This document shows positions 1 through 11,922 of a stretch of 64,000 nucleotides of DNA, one piece after another. Numbering within the stretch: position 1 is the first letter of the stretch; each line of letters starts with the position of its first letter. A model generated the notes under the pieces. That model made no database searches. It saw nothing but the letters and a program-made list of their open reading frames with translations, and was not told the DNA's origin. Location of the stretch: the NCBI GenBank assembly GCA_049999805.1, contig JBNGIO010006294.1, positions 315,115 through 379,114 of the forward strand. The letters run 5' to 3'. The translations under genes were made by a program, and so were the position numbers. The DNA comes from Folioceros fuciformis (taxonomy: Eukaryota).

Positions 1-1606
1 CACCTGCCACCAAAGCAGACAGTTCTGTTAAAGCTGAACCAAAAACATACCAGCAAGCAGTAACAGGAAGTGACAAACATCACTGGATCCCATCTATCCA
101 GGATGAGTACCAGTCACTCATGAAGAATGATATGTGGGAACTCTGTCCTCTACCTGTTGGCAGGAAAACTGTAAGTTGCAAGTGGGTATTTAAACACAAG
201 CTAAATGCAGATGGTGAAATTACACGCTATAAATCAAGACTTGTAGCGAGAGGCTTCTCACAGATTCCTGGTGTGGACTTTACCAAGACCTTCAGTCCAC
301 TTGTGAAAACTCAGTCAATTAGGATGATCATTGCCCTTGCAGCTGCCAATGATTGGGATCTGCAACAGATGGACGTTTGTACTGCGTTCCTGTATGGGGA
401 ACTAGAGGAAGACATATACATGGAGCAGCCAGAAGGCTTCGTTGACCCTGAGCACCTTGATTGGGTGTGTCGTCTTAAGAAAACTCTCTACGGCCTGAAA
501 CAAAGCGCCAGGGAGTGGTATAAGTGCATAGATAAGTATTTGAAATCGATAGGGCTTGTACAAAATCCTGGAGATGCAAATGTGTACATTTACCTTAAAG
601 ATGGGCATCTGGCTCTATATGTTGATGATGCCATCCTTGCGTCAAATAGTCCTGAGCTGTTAGAATGGGTCAAAGGAATGTTACACAAGCAGTTCGACAT
701 GAAGGATATAGGACAGCTTACCTTTGTGCTTGGTGTACAGCTGGTGAGAAATAGGGCAGATAGATCTATAGTCTTGCATCAAACTAAATATATAAATGAG
801 ACATTGCGTAGATTCAGCTTAGATCAATCAAAACCAATGTCAACTATAGGAATAGCTGGGTTAAAACTCACCTCTGATCAGTCACATCAAAGTGATGATG
901 AACGGGAAGCCATGCAGCAGGTGCCATACCGCCATGCTGTGGGATATCTAAATTACATAAGCTGCTGGACTCGTCCCGACATACAATACGTTGTAAGCTC
1001 AGTTTCTCAGTTTCTGGAGAACCCCGGCAAAGAACACTGGGGAGCTGTCAAGAGGGTTCTGAGGTATCTAAAGGGCACTGTTAATTATGGGCTATGCTTC
1101 TCAGGACAGACTGGCAGCATTGCACCTGTAGGGTATGTAGATGCCGATTGGGCAACTGACCCTAAAACCAGACGAAGCATATCGGCTTATTGCTTTGTGA
1201 TGGCTGGAGCTATTGTCAACTGGAGCTCGAAAAAGCAACGTCAGTGGCGCTATTATCTACTGAGGCAGAGTACAAGGCTCTGACAGATTCAGCCAAGGAG
1301 GCTGAATGGGAAAGGAGTTTTCTATAAGGGTTAGGTTACAAGCCAGCAATGCCCACTGTCATCCACTGTGACAATATGTCCACAATAGCCCTGGTTGGGA
1401 ACCCTCGATTTCATGCACGCACGAAGCACATCAAGGTCCACCACCACTTTGTTAGGCATTCACAGGAAAGTAAAGTGGTCAAAATTGAATACATCTCAAT
1501 TGATGAAAACACAGCTGACTTGCTTACAAAGAACCTACCGAAGCCTAAGCACTATTTCCACATGGAGTCCATGGGACTAAGACCTTGCCCTTCCTTGCAA
1601 CAGTAG
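1..1606 (+). mobile_element. Ty1/copia LTR retrotransposon pol, reverse transcriptase + RNase H (3' part, disabled)
   Basis: Copia RT motifs KSRLVARGFSQ, QMDVCTAFLYG, LYGLKQS and LYVDD. RNase H motifs YVDADWA, CDNMS and RTKHI. Frameshift near 1240 (KKQ then shifts into SVALLSTEAEY) and an in-frame TAA at ~1325. Confidence 0.96.
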
Positions 1607-1891
1607 TGTAGGTAGAGCTGTCAGCACGTTGTAGCAGAACATGAGAACTGGTCAGTTCTGCAGGGATAAAAAGGAACACAACAATATGAAGGCAGCTGGA
1701 GGTGGATGAAGCATCGGAGACATACCTAATCACCTACCTCTGCCATGGTCATGGTCATCATGATGTTGATACAGGAGGTAGATGGCAATCACGAAGGCAC
1801 AAAGTGACAAACACTGTGACAGGCTTCCTGCCATGGTCTCTTACGGCGGATTACGGCTTGGATCTAACAGTGGCTCCTGTTTACGGGGGCG

Positions 1892-2109
1892 TGTTGAGAG
1901 TAACCGTGCCGTTAGGGTTACACGTTATATAAACATACGCTAGTTAGATTAGGGCCATGTATATCAAAGTGACTTAGTTAAACCTAATTACGAAAGGACA
2001 TGACTTTACAATTTTGTATATAAGGAGAAACTTATCATCAATTAATCGTTCGTTCATTTGGCAAGTTTGTTGTCCAAGTTTTGTATTCTTATCGAACGAT
2101 CCCCAAACA
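1892..2109 (+). repeat. 3' LTR of the copia element, preceded by a polypurine-tract-like motif
   Basis: TTACGGGGGCG (1881-1891) is followed directly by TGTTGAGAG. AT-rich body with TATATAAA at ~1927. Ends ...CCCCAAACA exactly where gypsy integrase sequence resumes. The 5' LTR is outside the window, so the pair cannot be compared. Confidence 0.75.
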
Positions 2110-4085
2110 TGGAGCTGTGATGTTGGAATTCACTGGAATGAAGTGGCAACATTTGGACAACCGGCCCATAACCACCCATATGTTGTCCTTTCCTATACGT
2201 GTACGTGGGAGGGATGTAACAAAATCCATGGAGATGGATTGAAACCTTCCCTCTAGTACTTGCAAAGGTAACAACAGTCCTAGAGTTTTCTCAAGTTCTG
2301 GCTTGGTTTGCTAACATGAGATGCAACTTTTGACCCACTGGATGCAATCGTTTCGCAAGCCCTCCCAGTGGAAATGGGTCTTCACTCGTTCATAAGTCTT
2401 GTCGATGCCCAAGTGTCTAGAGATAGGAGAGTCATGCAATTCATGTAAGATCCCTCTCTGGATTTCCTTCAAGTGCTGTGGGATCACCAGTCGGCCCTTC
2501 CTGTACACACAGGCATCCTTGAGCTGGTAAGTTTGCATCAAAGCTGTGGGGGTGCCTCTTGCTGTGTCCTGCATTAAGTGTTGGTAGATTTGCTGCAGGT
2601 GTGAATCCCCCGGGATGGCTGCTCGGACAATCCTGATGGTGTCCAATTGAGAGGACATCAATGTGGGGACTCTCCTGCTGAGGGCATTTGCTACAGAGTT
2701 GGAGGCGCCAGTGACATACTTGATTTCGAAATTGAAATTAGCTAAGTACTCTGACCATCTTCTCTGACGTGCATTCAAGTTGGGCTGGGTGAAGAAGTGC
2801 TGGAGGGAGTGGTGGTCAGTGTGTACTATGAATCTTTGTCCAAGTAAGTAGTGTCGCCAGACCTTGAGTGCATGAACAATAGCAAACATCTCTTTGTCAT
2901 GAACTGGGTAATTAACCTACGCCCCTTAGAGCTTGTGTGATTTGTATGCAATCACCCATCCCTCTTGGGATAAGGCAGCCCCAAGGGTGAGATTTGATGC
3001 ATTTGTGTGCACATTGTAGCTCCCCTTGGGATCTACCACCGCCAAGACTGGTCCAATGCTTACAGCTTGTTTCAGTTGGTTGAAGGCCTGTTGGGCTACT
3101 ACACTAGGTTGAAAGACTTGCTAGGGGACTGTTTTAGGGCATCTGTCAGGGGTAAGGCAATCTTACTGAACCCTTGGATGAACCCGCGGTAGAACCCTAC
3201 AAGTTCCAGGAACCCCCAAAGCTGGGTGATATCTCTGGGTAATGGCCATGTTGTGACTGCTTTGACCTTGCGTGGATCCATTATGATGCCATCCTTCGTG
3301 ACGATGTGTCCTAAGTATTCCACTTCCTTGCGCATGAAGGTGCACTTGCTCCTCTTGGCTAACACATGATGTTTCTTCAGAAGCAGCAGGATAGCCCTAA
3401 CCAGCTTGATGTGTGTTTCTGAATCTGCAGAGTGGATCAGGATGTCATTAAGGAACACTTCTATGCCCTATCCCAACAATGGTCGGAGTATGTCTTGCAT
3501 CAAGCACTGAAATGTTGCTGGTGCATTTGTGAGGCCCATGGGCATCACCACCCCTCATAATGGCCATGGCGGGTCCTGACAGTTGTTTTGTGCTCATCAC
3601 CTTCCTTGACACGTATATGGTAGAAGCCAGAACGTAAGTCAATTTTGGTAAACCATGTAAAACCATGTAGCTGGTCTAGAATCTCATCAATTCTAGGCAT
3701 TTGGTACATGTTCTTCACTGCGGCCTTATTTAGGCCTCTGTAATCTACATAGAGCTTCCAGCCACCATCAGGCTTGGCCACTAGCAACTTCGGGGCTCCA
3801 TAAGGTGAGACAGATGGACGTACAAACCCTTGGGCTAAGAAGGCGTCAACCTGTTTTTTTTTATCTGTGCATTCTCCATGACTGAAGTTCGGTATGGTGG
3901 AATGCTCACAGTTTTGGAGCCTGCCACAAGGTCAATGCTGTGATCCACTGGTCTCCTAGAAGGAAGTTCGGTTGGGTCAGCAAACAAATCACTGCAAACA
4001 AATCATTGAATTCAACCAACAATGACTTCATCTCCTCAGGAAGTGCTTCTTCCTCTTGAGCCTGTTTCTATTTCTCTGCTCGTCA
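2110..4085 (-). mobile_element. Ty3/gypsy retrotransposon pol remnant (RT-RNase H-integrase), multiple frameshifts and stops
   Basis: Minus-strand fragments: SPYGAPKLLVAKPDGGWKLYVDYRGLNK, FTKIDLRSGFYHIRV, FLNDILIHS (decayed YxDD), VEYLGHIV, AIVHALKVWRHYLLG..TDHHSL, integrase HHCC (LHDS..HLG..C.SC) and ISMDFVTSLP. Domain order is RT-RH-IN. Confidence 0.95.
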
Positions 4086-4139
4086 TTTTGCTGTGCCTTC
4101 CAGTGGGGAGACCTTTTTCAACTTTAGGAAACAAAAGTT

Positions 4140-4600
4140 TTTGTTCTTTATTTCCTATTAAGGAATAGTAAAGTTTTTTTTTCTGATATATATTTTAGAT
4201 CATCAAAAAATATTATTTCTATCTTTATTTCTAATCGTAAGGGTATTGAAATTTTAATTCAAAACAGGTTTTCTTTGAATGATCGAAACAATATTATTTT
4301 GGTTCTTATTTCTTGTTGAAAGAAGAGGAAAGTTATATATATATATTGATCATGGAAAAAAAATTATTTGAATCTTTATTTGTTGTTGAGAAAAGTAAAC
4401 TTTTATTTCCATATACTTTCTTTAGATCATCGAGACAAAACTAATTTGATCTTTATTTCCTATCGAGAGGAGTTTAAAATTTTATTTCAACATATTTTCT
4501 TTAAATCATCGAAACAAAATTAGGTCGAACTTTATTTCCTTTGGGGAGTGAAGTTTTATTGCAATATTTGTTTCACATGATCGAAATAGAAGGATTTCCA
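4140..4600. repeat. Degenerate AT-rich tandem repeat, ~76 bp unit, ~6 copies
   Basis: Anchor resembling GATCATCGAAACAAAA...CTTTATTTCC recurs at about 4198, 4277, 4348, 4425, 4503 and 4576. Confidence 0.7.
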
Positions 4601-6101
4601 TCGATAGTTCTTGGGAATAGAAGAGTATATATGTAGGAGCATACGCAATGTTTTGTCGTGGAAAGCGGATCTCATTCGTGGCACGGTGAGTGTAAGTCTT
4701 CTTTATTCTTCTTGTTTGTGTATTTGAGTTTCTTTGTGATATTAAAAATGATTATTTTTGTATTTTTATTTTTACTAATACGAGTGTTTGCCTTCCAGTG
4801 TCTTTGGTTAGTTGAGTAAGAGTGTGGATGTTTCAGCTTTTTTTTGTGCGTGTGTTTTCTAACCTTCTTATCTTAGGATTGTGTTGTTCTTGTAGTTGCT
4901 TGCTTGAGCCTATACGATTGGAGATTTGTGCACATCTGTCCACTACCATGCGGAGGCCATTTCAGTTGAACAGAATGCGTCGACACCTTTTGAAGTGGCA
5001 TCGACTTTGTGCAATTCAAGCACTACCCACCCACCAGACTTTGCAACATCTACTCAAGTTGGCCAAGAAATATGTCGATGAGGATTATCGTGTTCCCAAA
5101 TTGATCTCGCTCGTGGGATTACGGTTGAAGCATGATGCCAAGTGTTGTTGGTATCTTTTGGAGGAGTACAACTTTCGAAAATTGGATAGGATTATGAGGA
5201 TGTTGCTTTCAGTCTAGTTGAATGTTGTACATTCAACATGTCATTGAGTTAATCTACGACCCTTGTAATTGGGCTCCTAAAATATGTTTAGAAGAAGGAA
5301 ATAGGGTCTCTTGATGTTTGTTAAGTTTCTTCACTATATCTAGAGAGGTGGTCGAAAAAGATATAGTATGTTTCACTTATTTTCTATACTTTGAAAAGTC
5401 TTGTCATTTAAATGAATATTCATAGATCTTTACTTATATACGTAAAGATATTATGGTGGTAAATGTTGACTTATAATATGATAATGTAGGAGTAGTAACT
5501 GTGTTGGGGCTCTACATCCTTAAGACCTAAGCTTAGATAAAGACGAAGAACAAAGCTTGTGATGTATTTTAGGGTTGTTAGCACCCATGTTAGGAATTGA
5601 TGAGCTAGTGTAAGTTTCAAGAAGAGTGGAGAGGATTTTGAGGATCATGACCAACCCATGGTTAGCTAGGATTTGTGAGCTCGCTCATCAATTACGCATA
5701 CGACTTGCTAAGTATCTAATCACGACCATGTCTCAGTGGGTTGAAGCTGGCTTGCCATTCCCATGTTCGTTTTAGTCAAGTGATGGTTGGTCTCAATCAT
5801 TTTCATGCCTTCCTGCTATCAAGTAACTTAAGATTTGAGGATGTGTGTGCTTGCTGGACCTTGTCCTGGTTTGTATTGTATCTATTGTTCAACGAAGCTT
5901 CCTTGATAAGGGGGAGGGTGGTGAAGCTTTTGTCCCCTTTGCGCTAGCTTGAGTAATGTAACAGAGCCAACATGTGCATCTAGCTTTGTCCTTGGTATGA
6001 GAAACATGTACACTTGTATGTTTGTATAAAGTGAGCTACATCTACATCCATAAAACAATAGATCTAAGCCTATGCTTTTTGCATACTACGCTCAGGAGCA
6101 G

Positions 6102-6190
6102 ACTTCACAAAGAAGAATCCATCCAATAGAGCCTTCACAAAGAAGAATCCCCCCAACACAGCCTTCACAAAGAAGAATCCACCCAACATT
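6102..6190. repeat. 30-bp tandem repeat x3 upstream of GH3
   Basis: CTTCACAAAGAAGAATCC(A/C)(T/C)CCAA repeated three times at 30-bp spacing. Confidence 0.9.
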
Positions 6191-6523
6191 CCATGAGCTG
6201 AGATGGACAAATGATTTTATAACCTGTGGCTACCTTCTTCTATATGTACCTCGGACTGCACGAGTTTTATAAGACGTGGTCTTCCTGGTTCCGTCATCTA
6301 TCTGCATTTGTCACCTCCACGGGAAGTACATCGCATGTATCGGTTGAAGGACGCGGCACTTTTCGAGTGGCTTCTACATCCAGTACTTTTACAGTACGAA
6401 CACCGCATTTGAAGGAGTAGGCACGATGTGAGGTCTTTGACCACTGTCTCTACTTCCCACTTTCATATTGCATGCAGACGCGCCGGGCCAAGTCGCGTTG
6501 GACGCGGTCTGCGGAAGCGCCCC

Positions 6524-8653
6524 ATGGCGTCCAGTCGAGAACTCATTGCCGCTGGTCTGAACCAAGAATGGGGGAGGATAGCGGACAAGCAGGCCGATGT
6601 GCTGCAACGATTTCTTGAGAAGAGCTCGGCTTGTGAATACCTGCAGAGGCATGGTCTGAACGGCCGAACAGACCCGGAGTCCTTCAAGAAACATATTCCT
6701 ATCATCGAGTACGGTGCCATTGAGCAAGACATCCAAAGGCTCCTGCAGGAAGAGCATCCGTCAGGCATTCTCAGCTGCGAGGTGGTGGAGGAGTTCTTTC
6801 TCAGGCACGCCTCCGGGGCTCTTGATTTCCATATCCCCTTCCACCCCCCCCCCTCGTTCGCATCATTCCTACAATAAGCTTACTAGTCATTACTGCATTT
6901 TTCGGTTTTCTTTGCGCATTGGGGTTTTGCAGCTCTGGGACAACATCAGGGAAGCGGAAGGTGTTTCCAGCAACTCGCCAGTTTTATCATGCAAGGGAGG
7001 TGGCTATGAAGCTGTCAGACGCGTACGTCGACTTGTAAGTTTCCGGTGGACGAACCTTCATTCATATTACAGGAGGCGCTGCTTTCTGATGCCGCAGACT
7101 CACTCTCTAGTTCTTCGTCCACCGCAGGGACTTCGGGGACGCAGTCAGATCAGGCCTGACGATTTTGTTTGCAAATGTGTCAAAAGCAAGCAAGAGCCCT
7201 GGAGGCTTGGATCTCGGGACACTCTCATCTTCATCATTCCGAAAGGCTGCCAGCGGGGTATACGTGGAAGCCTACTTCGCCGGTTCCGCAAGTCCGACGG
7301 AAGCGCTCCTGTGCGACGACTACCAGCAGTCGATGTACTGCCACCTCGTCTGCGGCCTGCTGCGGCGCTCAGAAGTGTTCAGAATCACAGCCGTATTCGT
7401 TTCTGGAGTGGTGAACGCGCTCCACATGCTCAAAGAGTGGTGGAAGGAGATCAGCACAGACATTGAGACAGGGCATCTGAGCAGCAGGATCACAGACCCT
7501 TCCATTCGTGCGGCGGTGTCACAGCTTCTGGCAGAGCCAAATCCGGAATTGGCCAATCAGATTAGAGGAGAATGTGGCAAGGAGTCTTGGGAAGGTGTTA
7601 TACTGCGCCTTTGGCCCAACGTAAAGTACATAACCGGCCTCGCTTCTGGATCACTGCTGCAGTATGTGCCTCACCTCATCTTCTTGTCCCGCGCGACGAT
7701 GCCAATTGTGTCAATGGGATACGGAGGATCCGAGGGGTGGTACGCAGTGAACCCGAACCCACGCGTTCCACCAGATGACGCATTTTACGTGTTCCTTCCA
7801 CAAGTGGCGTACTTCGAGTTTTTGGTGTTGAATGGGGAGCAAGGGCAAGAGAAGGGATCGGAAAATCTCAAAATCAGCACCGGAAATTCGGTGAAAATCG
7901 TAGACCTTGCGAGCGTGAAGGAAGGGGAAGAGTACGAGCTCGTGGTGACCAATGGCTCAGGTGAGAGGCGTCAAGACCGGTACTTCACTCTCAAACATGT
8001 TTTAGCTCGGATCTTCCAAACCCTCATTGACACGTGCCATTTCGTTTGCAGGTTTGTGGAGGTTCAGAGTTGGAGACATCTTGCAATGCGTGGGGTTTTT
8101 CCACGAATCCCCGAAATTCAAGCTTGTCGGACGCCGAAATGCAATCGGATCCGTGAGCACTGAGAAGGTTGGAGAAAAGGATTTGGTCCAAGCTCTCATG
8201 ACCATGGCCAGGGAGCATTTTCCTCCGAACACTCACATCGCGGACTTCACGAGTTGCATCAACCTGTCCTCCATTCCAGGCCATCACGTCATCTACGTGG
8301 AGGTGGTCGGTTTAAGCTCAGTCCCTGTCCCTGTCGGCGAAAAGGCCTTGCAAGAGTGCTGCCATACTCTGGAGGCTGGTTTAAGTGAGCCTTACAGAAG
8401 GGGACGCAACCTTCACACTATTGCTCCCGTGGAGCTCAAGGTTGTGAAGCCTGGGACCTTCGTGAAGGTCCGAGACTTGGCTGCCAATACCCTGGGAACG
8501 TCCGAGATCCAATATAAGACCCCCAGGGCCTTCAAACATGGGCACCCTGCGCTGGGAATCCTGAACGCAGGGGTGGCGGAGATTGCACGAAGTGCTCGAC
8601 CTCCTCGCCATTCCAAGCTCAATCCCAACGGTATTCTGCTGTCACACGAGTGA
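6524..8653 (+). CDS. GH3: GH3-family acyl acid-amido synthetase. Exons 6524-6804, 6933-7034, 7128-7960, 8052-8653
   Basis: Spliced protein carries GH3 motif I (FFLSSGTTSGKRK), QQSMYCHLVCGL, motif II (YGGSE), YFEFL, EEYELVVTN, motif III (GLWRFRVGD) and QYKTPR. The splice sites keep the frame. Intron 1 has a GC donor. Confidence 0.93.
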
Positions 8654-8830
8654 CGCGTGCCGTGGTCCGTCCCGACGCTATACTGTACTCCGGTCCGACA
8701 CGTGACGAGCGTGTTCTTGTTCCGAGATTTAATTGTGATGCCCACGAATCGCAGGTTGAAGGCGTGGGGGCGCCATCGATTTCCAGTTTTCTCTGAATAC
8801 ACACATTGTATCTGTCCCTTATACTGTAGT

Positions 8831-8928
8831 TCTCGGTCAAGGTGTCATTCAGGATCAACACGTACGACATGCCACACCGTCTCGGTCAAGGTGTCATTCA
8901 GGATCAACACGTACGACATGCCACACCG
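8831..8928. repeat. 49-bp perfect tandem duplication in GH3 3' region
   Basis: TCTCGGTCAAGGTGTCATTCAGGATCAACACGTACGACATGCCACACCG occurs twice head to tail. Confidence 0.9.
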
Positions 8929-9019
8929 GCCTTATAAAACGAGATGGAAAGCGGCATTGACTCCACAGATAAAAGGACCAATGGGAGCAGGCAAAAAAAA
9001 AAAAAAAAGTACCAACGTG

Positions 9020-9270
9020 GGATGACAAAAGGCTTTCTCCTATAAAATGTCATGATGTGGAATAGAAAAGTATCGTGATGTAGAATAAAGAAAGGTCTAT
9101 CCCCATAAAGTGTCATGATGTTGAATAACAAAAAGTCTATCCCTACAAAACGTAGTGATGCGGAATAACAAAGTATTGTCATGTAGAATAGCAAAGGGTC
9201 TATCCCCATAAAATGTGGTGATGTGAATAACAAAGTATCGTGATGTGGAATAGCAAAAGACCTATCCCCA
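9020..9270. repeat. Degenerate minisatellite with GATGTGGAATA / CTATCCCCATAAA subunits
   Basis: GATGT(G/A)GAATA-like core at ~9055, 9078, 9117, 9157, 9180, 9220 and 9242 (mix of ~23 and ~40 bp spacings). Follows an A-run at 8993-9008. Confidence 0.75.
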
Positions 9271-10799
9271 CGGGCTAAGAAGCCTCTATACTTGTTGCAA
9301 AGAGGAACCCCGGTGTTGAACTCGTAGCCCTAGTAGTTGGCAAAGGTAGACACATATTTACATATTAGGTGGCAACTCCTTGTGAAGTGCTAAAGCAACC
9401 ATGGTCTTGAAAAGATGGAAGTTGTAGAACAAAGCACATAGCTACATAGTAGCTCCAATTAAGTCCTCTAAATTAATAGAGGTCTCTTTAATTTGGTTTT
9501 ATGCACCAATTCATAGTTTCTCAAGGCATAGCAGCTCTTTGTGTACATGGTGTTAGAAACCTAATGCCCAATATGTACATCTAGGTACATAGATTTTCAT
9601 TGAATTGAAAACTTCACAACGCATTGCAAGCTTTGAGACCTAGTTTTACTCCATCCATAGAATTTTGAGTCCTTTCATCTTCACGTTAAGATGAGTTGAG
9701 AAGCTTTCAGCAAAATTCAGCCCAAAGTGAGCTCTACATCTTTGTTGCTCAAAGCCAAAATTGTGCTCTACAATCTTTGTTGCTCAACAATGACACATTG
9801 GTGTCTTGGTCCTTAGAAGACCTAGACCTAGATCAGGCTATAAGTGCAACTCTCTTGTGCATACCATATTAGATGTTACAAGTGGTTCACTTGTGCATAC
9901 CATATTAGATGTTACAAGTACATCATATGGTTCATTGATCACTGGTTAAATGTGGCCCCTCTTGATTTCGGAGGTAGAATATGGCAAGTAGAATATGAAT
10001 AGTGGTTGCGGAATGGCACTACGCTTTGCAGATGGACACTGGCTCCAAGGATATGGTTTTCGATGGGTTGAGGTTGGTAAAGTTGATGAGATGAACAGTC
10101 CCTGGCTCGTGGTGCTACTAAGCCAGCCCGTGTTTTTGGACATAGTATGCTTGTACATATTCGCATGACGAGGATCTGCCGGCATACAGGAACCCGTGCT
10201 GGCAGCCAACACCAACAAACTGTCCTCCAAACCTACAAATACAATATTCAGTGGTGGCTACTCAGACTGCAGAGTGCAGCTTTCAGTCTTCAGGAGGGGC
10301 GTCAGGCTCAGGTGCGCCCTGGCGCAGTCCCGAGGCACTCCGGAAAAGGCTAGACCGAGTGAGAGCATGAGCCTGCGCCTGAGCGGGGCAGAGACAGAGG
10401 CTCTCGAGCAGATGGCCTGAAGTGTGGTATACACACCGTTCTCGAACCCTTTCTCTTGTCTCTCAACTGAAAAGTGCACCATTCTCAAACCATGACCGCA
10501 CCGCTTCGGTACGGCCCCAGAGTGAACAGCTCGCCACAGCGGCCAAAAGGGGTATATGCCTGGGGATACCTGAGAAATACTACTAAACAATTGCTGCATC
10601 CCCGCTGTCCGGTGTGGCATCCCAAAGGTTCCAGGTTCTTTTCAAGTACCGTCACATGGCTGCCGACACATGCATGGCTCATTCACGATAAAAGAACACT
10701 ATTGTATTCATCCACTGAGCCCATGAGAGGAAATGCGCCTCTCAGGCCGGAGCCTCCACCTGCACCATCACAGGGCATGAAATTGCCGGGCCAATTTGG

Positions 10800-11150
10800 A
10801 TTGGATGCAGACTGCGGAAGTGTTCTGTGGCGTCATGGCCGCTGATGACGACAACTCGCCAGAATCAAGCGTGGGAGAGGAACGCGGAGGAGCAGAGAAG
10901 AACGATGATGCAACCTTTGCTTGCGAAGAGCTCGGCTTGTGAATACCTTCAGGGACACGGCTAGAATGGCAAAGCGCATCTGGAGTGCTTCGAGGAGCAT
11001 ATTCCTGTCATCGAGTACGATGCCGTCGACCAAGACATCCAAAGGACTCTACAGCGAGATCATACTTGAGGCAATCTCAGGTGCGATGGCTGCAGAGCGC
11101 CTCGATTCCATACGCCATCCTGGTCCGCATCATTCCTGCAACAAGTCAAC
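10800..11150 (+). pseudogene. Truncated GH3 pseudogene (5' leader, exon 1 and start of intron 1)
   Basis: Shares blocks with 6470-6880: GAAGAGCTCGGCTTGTGAATACCT, CATATTCCT.TCATCGAGTACG, CAAGACATCCAAAGG and CGCATCATTCCT.CAA. In-frame TAG at ~10961, indels, and no downstream exons. Confidence 0.85.
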
Positions 11151-11922
11151 ATTCTACGTAGGGAAGATGATTCAATCCAGTACGAATTGAATCATCTACG
11201 CCTCTGGACAAGCATCCGTGAATTGCATGCCGGGAAGTGAAGCAAAAACGTACCAAATAGCACGAGGTAGCTAGAAGTAATAGGTATGGAGTGAACGGTA
11301 TTCAGTAAGAAGATTCAATTGATTCCAATTTATATATACTACAACTGAAACAGAACTGTACCCACTACTGAGCGAATTCAGAATCATATCCCCTGTATCC
11401 ATGCAATAGTTCATGAGTTCACCACTTGGCAAACTGAAGCTGGAATTGGATGAGAACTACGAGTCTCTGTAAGTCCTTAGCTTGTCTCTATCCATCGTCT
11501 ACTGTCAGCTCTACTGAGTGCTCACCAATTGCGAAGAGCCGCCCGCGTGCCGATCGTTTCTCAAGACTTTTGTGAACTATGATGGCACAGATCCTTTCTG
11601 CCTAGTCAGTGAGTTTCAACTGCATCACCTGTATCCGGTTCAAGTATGTGAAGTTCAAAAAGAAGCGGGTAGCCGCCTTGAGGGTGGTTATGACCATTTC
11701 TGTAGAAAGCTTTGTCATGCATAAGAGTCCATAAGCCGGAGTTTAGCCAGCCGCTGTTGAGTGAGGCACGAAGCTCTCCCATGCAACATACAAACAAGGT
11801 GTACAACAATAATACAACAAACGATCATAGGGCAGCCGAGAGGGCAACAAGCAGGCCATGGTTGACCAAGCAAGCGAGCAAATTGGAAAATTTGCAAGCT
11901 TCAATGATGATTTACAAGCCCC

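Noticed and set aside
6102..6190. Short regularly spaced repeats (also 31134-31388 and 34188-34266) as CRISPR-like arrays
   Set aside because: The units are contiguous with no unique spacers, there are no cas genes, and the context is eukaryotic. These are ordinary minisatellites.
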